Positions 61,632 through 64,000 of a stretch of DNA of 64,000 nt are shown here, one piece after another. The notes beneath the pieces were generated by a model. That model was not told the DNA's origin. It ran no database searches and saw only the letters and a list, made by a program, of their open reading frames with translations. Position numbers and translations under genes: made by a program. This DNA is from Alphaproteobacteria bacterium. Lineage in GTDB: Bacteria > Pseudomonadota > Alphaproteobacteria > GCA-2731375. Position 1 is the stretch's first letter; each line of letters starts with the position of its first letter. The stretch covers positions 256,001-320,000 of the forward strand of contig CBDDBZ010000036.1 in assembly GCA_965225945.1 (NCBI GenBank). The letters are read 5' to 3'.

Positions 61632-63143
61632 ATGTTGGTCGTGGAGACGATAGCGCGGATCCGGCGGGAGTATTTTGTCAAGGGGAAGCCGATCAAGGAG
61701 ATCGTGCGGGACGTGAAGGTCTCGGGCAACACGGTGCGCAAGGTGATCCGTTCGCAGGCGACGGCGTTCACCTACGACCGGCGGGTCCAGCCGATGCCGA
61801 AGCTGGGGCCGTGGACGGCCGAGCTGGAGCGGATGCTGGAGGCCAACGAGACCAAGTCGAAGCGGGAGCGGCTGACGCTGCTACGGATCTCCGAAGCCCT
61901 CGAGGGTCTGGGCTATGGCGGCGGCTACGACGCGGTGCGGCGCTACGCCAAGGCGTGGCGGTGGCGCCGTTCGGCATCGACGGCGCAGACCTATGTGCCG
62001 TTGGTGTTCTCGCCGGGCGAGGCCTATCAGTTCGACTGGAGCCACGAGTACGTGGTGCTGGCGGGGGTGACGACCAAGGTCAAGGTCGCGCACGTCCGGC
62101 TGTGCCACAGCCGAATGTTCTTCGTCCGCGCTTATCCGCGCGAGAGCCAGGAGATGGTGTTCGACGCCCACGACCGGGCATTCCGGCTGTTCCAGGGTGC
62201 CTGCCGGCGAGGCATCTACGACAACATGAAGACGGCGGTGCAGACCGTCCTCATCGGCAAGGAGCGCGCGTTCAACCGGCGCTTCGTGCAGATGTGTGGC
62301 CACTACCTGGTCGAACCGACAGCATGCACGCCGGGAGCGGGATGGGAGAAGGGGCAGGTCGAGAACCAGGTCGGGATCATCCGCGGTCGGTTCTTCACCC
62401 CGCGGCTGCGCTTCAAGACCTACGACGAGCTCAACGCCTGGCTCTTGGACCAGTGCGTCGCCTACGCCCGGCGTCATCCCCACCCGGTGTTCAAGGACAG
62501 GACTGTCTGGCAGGTGTTCGAGGACGAGCGTCCGTCCCTGGTCGGCTATCGCGGGCCGTTCGACGGCTTCCACGCGGTCCCGGCGTCGGTGTCGAAGACC
62601 TGCCTGGTGCGCTTCGACAGCAACAAGTACAGCGTGGCGGCGCGCGCCGTCGGCCGTCCGGTCGAGGTCCATGCCTACGCCGATCGCATCGTCATCCGCC
62701 AGGACGGCGAGATCGTCGCCGAGCATGCCCGGCGCTTCGGCCGCGACCAGACCGTCTATGACCCGTGGCACTACGTGCCCGTGCTGGCGAGGAAGCCCGG
62801 TGCGCTTCGTAACGGCGCGCCGTTCAAGGACTGGGCGCTGCCCGGCGCCCTGGGTCGCGTGCGCGTCCGGCTCGCCGGCCACGACGACGGCGACAGGCAG
62901 ATGGTCGAGATCCTCACCGCCGTGCTGGCGGATGGGCTGGCGGCGGTGGAGGCCGCCTGTGCCGAGGCGCTCGCTGGCGGCGTGTGCAGCGCCGACGTCG
63001 TGCTCAACATCCTCAATCGTCGGCGCCAGCCGTCCGAGACGGCGCCGATCCCGACGCCCGCGAACCTGCGTCTTCGCTTTGAGCCGGTGGCCGATTGCAC
63101 CCGCTACGACCGCTTGAGGGGGGTCGGCCATGGAGCGCCATGA
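61632..63143 (+). CDS. istA: IS21 transposase IstA
   Basis: [26 protein letters not shown]. Confidence 0.95.
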   Translation: MLVVETIARIRREYFVKGKPIKEIVRDVKVSGNTVRKVIRSQATAFTYDRRVQPMPKLGPWTAELERMLEANETKSKRERLTLLRISEALEGLGYGGGYDAVRRYAKAWRWRRSASTAQTYVPLVFSPGEAYQFDWSHEYVVLAGVTTKVKVAHVRLCHSRMFFVRAYPRESQEMVFDAHDRAFRLFQGACRRGIYDNMKTAVQTVLIGKERAFNRRFVQMCGHYLVEPTACTPGAGWEKGQVENQVGIIRGRFFTPRLRFKTYDELNAWLLDQCVAYARRHPHPVFKDRTVWQVFEDERPSLVGYRGPFDGFHAVPASVSKTCLVRFDSNKYSVAARAVGRPVEVHAYADRIVIRQDGEIVAEHARRFGRDQTVYDPWHYVPVLARKPGALRNGAPFKDWALPGALGRVRVRLAGHDDGDRQMVEILTAVLADGLAAVEAACAEALAGGVCSADVVLNILNRRRQPSETAPIPTPANLRLRFEPVADCTRYDRLRGVGHGAP

Positions 63144-63858
63144 GGTCCTGGAGATGATGGCCGCACTCAAGCTCGCCGGCATGCGCGACGCGTTCGACGA
63201 GGTGCTCGCCGACGGCCTCAAGCGCCAGCATCCGATGCAGCGAATCATCGGCGAGCTGTTGAAGGCCGAGATCGCCGACAAGCAGGCGCGATCCATCAAG
63301 TACCAGATGAGTGGCGCCAAGCTGCCGCTGGCCAAGGAGCTGGCCGACTTCGACTTCACCGACACCCCGGTCAACGAGCCGCTGGTCCGCGAGTTGGCGG
63401 TCGGCGGCTTCCTGGCCAACCAGCGCAACGCCGTGCTGATCGGCGGCACCGGCACCGGCAAGAGCCATCTCGCCGTCGCCATCGCGCGGGCCTGCATCCG
63501 CGATGGCGCCCGGGGCCGCTTCTTCAACGTCGTCGACCTGGTCAACCGGCTCGAGGCCGAAGCCCGCGCCGGCCGCCAGGGCCGGCTCGCCGATCAGCTG
63601 GCCCGGCGCGACCTCGTCATCCTCGACGAGCTCGGCTACCTGCCCTTCGCCCAAACCGGAGGCCAGCTGCTGTTCCACCTCGTCAGCCGGCTCTACGAGC
63701 GCACCTCGATCATCGTCACCACCAACCTGACCTTCGGCGAATGGCCGTCCGTCTTCGGCGACGCCAAGATGACCACCGCGCTCCTCGATCGTCTGACGCA
63801 CCACTGCGAGATCATCGAGACCGGAAACGACTCCTGGCGCTTCAAGAATCGGTCCTAA
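63130..63858 (+). CDS. istB: IS21 ATP-binding helper IstB
   Basis: [27 protein letters not shown]. Confidence 0.96.
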   Translation: MERHEVLEMMAALKLAGMRDAFDEVLADGLKRQHPMQRIIGELLKAEIADKQARSIKYQMSGAKLPLAKELADFDFTDTPVNEPLVRELAVGGFLANQRNAVLIGGTGTGKSHLAVAIARACIRDGARGRFFNVVDLVNRLEAEARAGRQGRLADQLARRDLVILDELGYLPFAQTGGQLLFHLVSRLYERTSIIVTTNLTFGEWPSVFGDAKMTTALLDRLTHHCEIIETGNDSWRFKNRS

Positions 63859-64000
63859 AGGCAACCGATCCACCTGCCGCCCGGTCGCCCAGGTGGGCCC
63901 ACAGGAACCTCCCACGCGCGGTCCGCCGCCAGCCGCGTGGTGGGCGCGTCGGCCCGCGCGCGGGCCCCTCCTATGGACTACCTGTACGACCTCCGCCGTG

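Larger units (their letters stand above)
61517..64000 (+). mobile_element. IS21-family insertion sequence (right end not seen in window)
   Basis: TGT start; subterminal repeats cggcgtgcaaagttgacccc (61524) and cggcgtccaaatttgacccc (61558); istA-istB pair. Confidence 0.92.

Overview
GC-rich bacterial chromosome segment, most likely Alphaproteobacteria (Rhodospirillales-like: cysS-cimA start adjacency, sigma54/NtrC-type glnB-glnA, tRNA-His with G-1/C73). Core genes (cysS end, glnS, panE, nucleoside uptake/salvage operon, glnBA, aminotransferases) alternate with catabolic clusters (TauD, LLM, PrpD, liv-type ABC transporter, cyclitol/CoA enzymes, PadC-PadD-like fusion) and many mobile elements. 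These include an IS4 inside a Flp pilin gene, a tyrosine-recombinase + IS91-type HUH element, an IS1595 remnant cut by a 150-bp MITE, a 3.4-kb cargo-carrying IS1-family element holding a nested MITE and a perfect 34-bp hairpin, and an IS21 in an integrase remnant after tRNA-His. The best candidate for an undescribed system is 7.0-18.8 kb: three class III cyclase-TPR/STAND genes, two of them followed by the same 68-bp repeat and bordered by related ~30-bp motifs, arranged cassette-like around the recombinase/HUH pair. Many single-base frameshifts and short tandem duplications point to genome decay or consensus errors. All calls come from reading the sequence; no searches were run.
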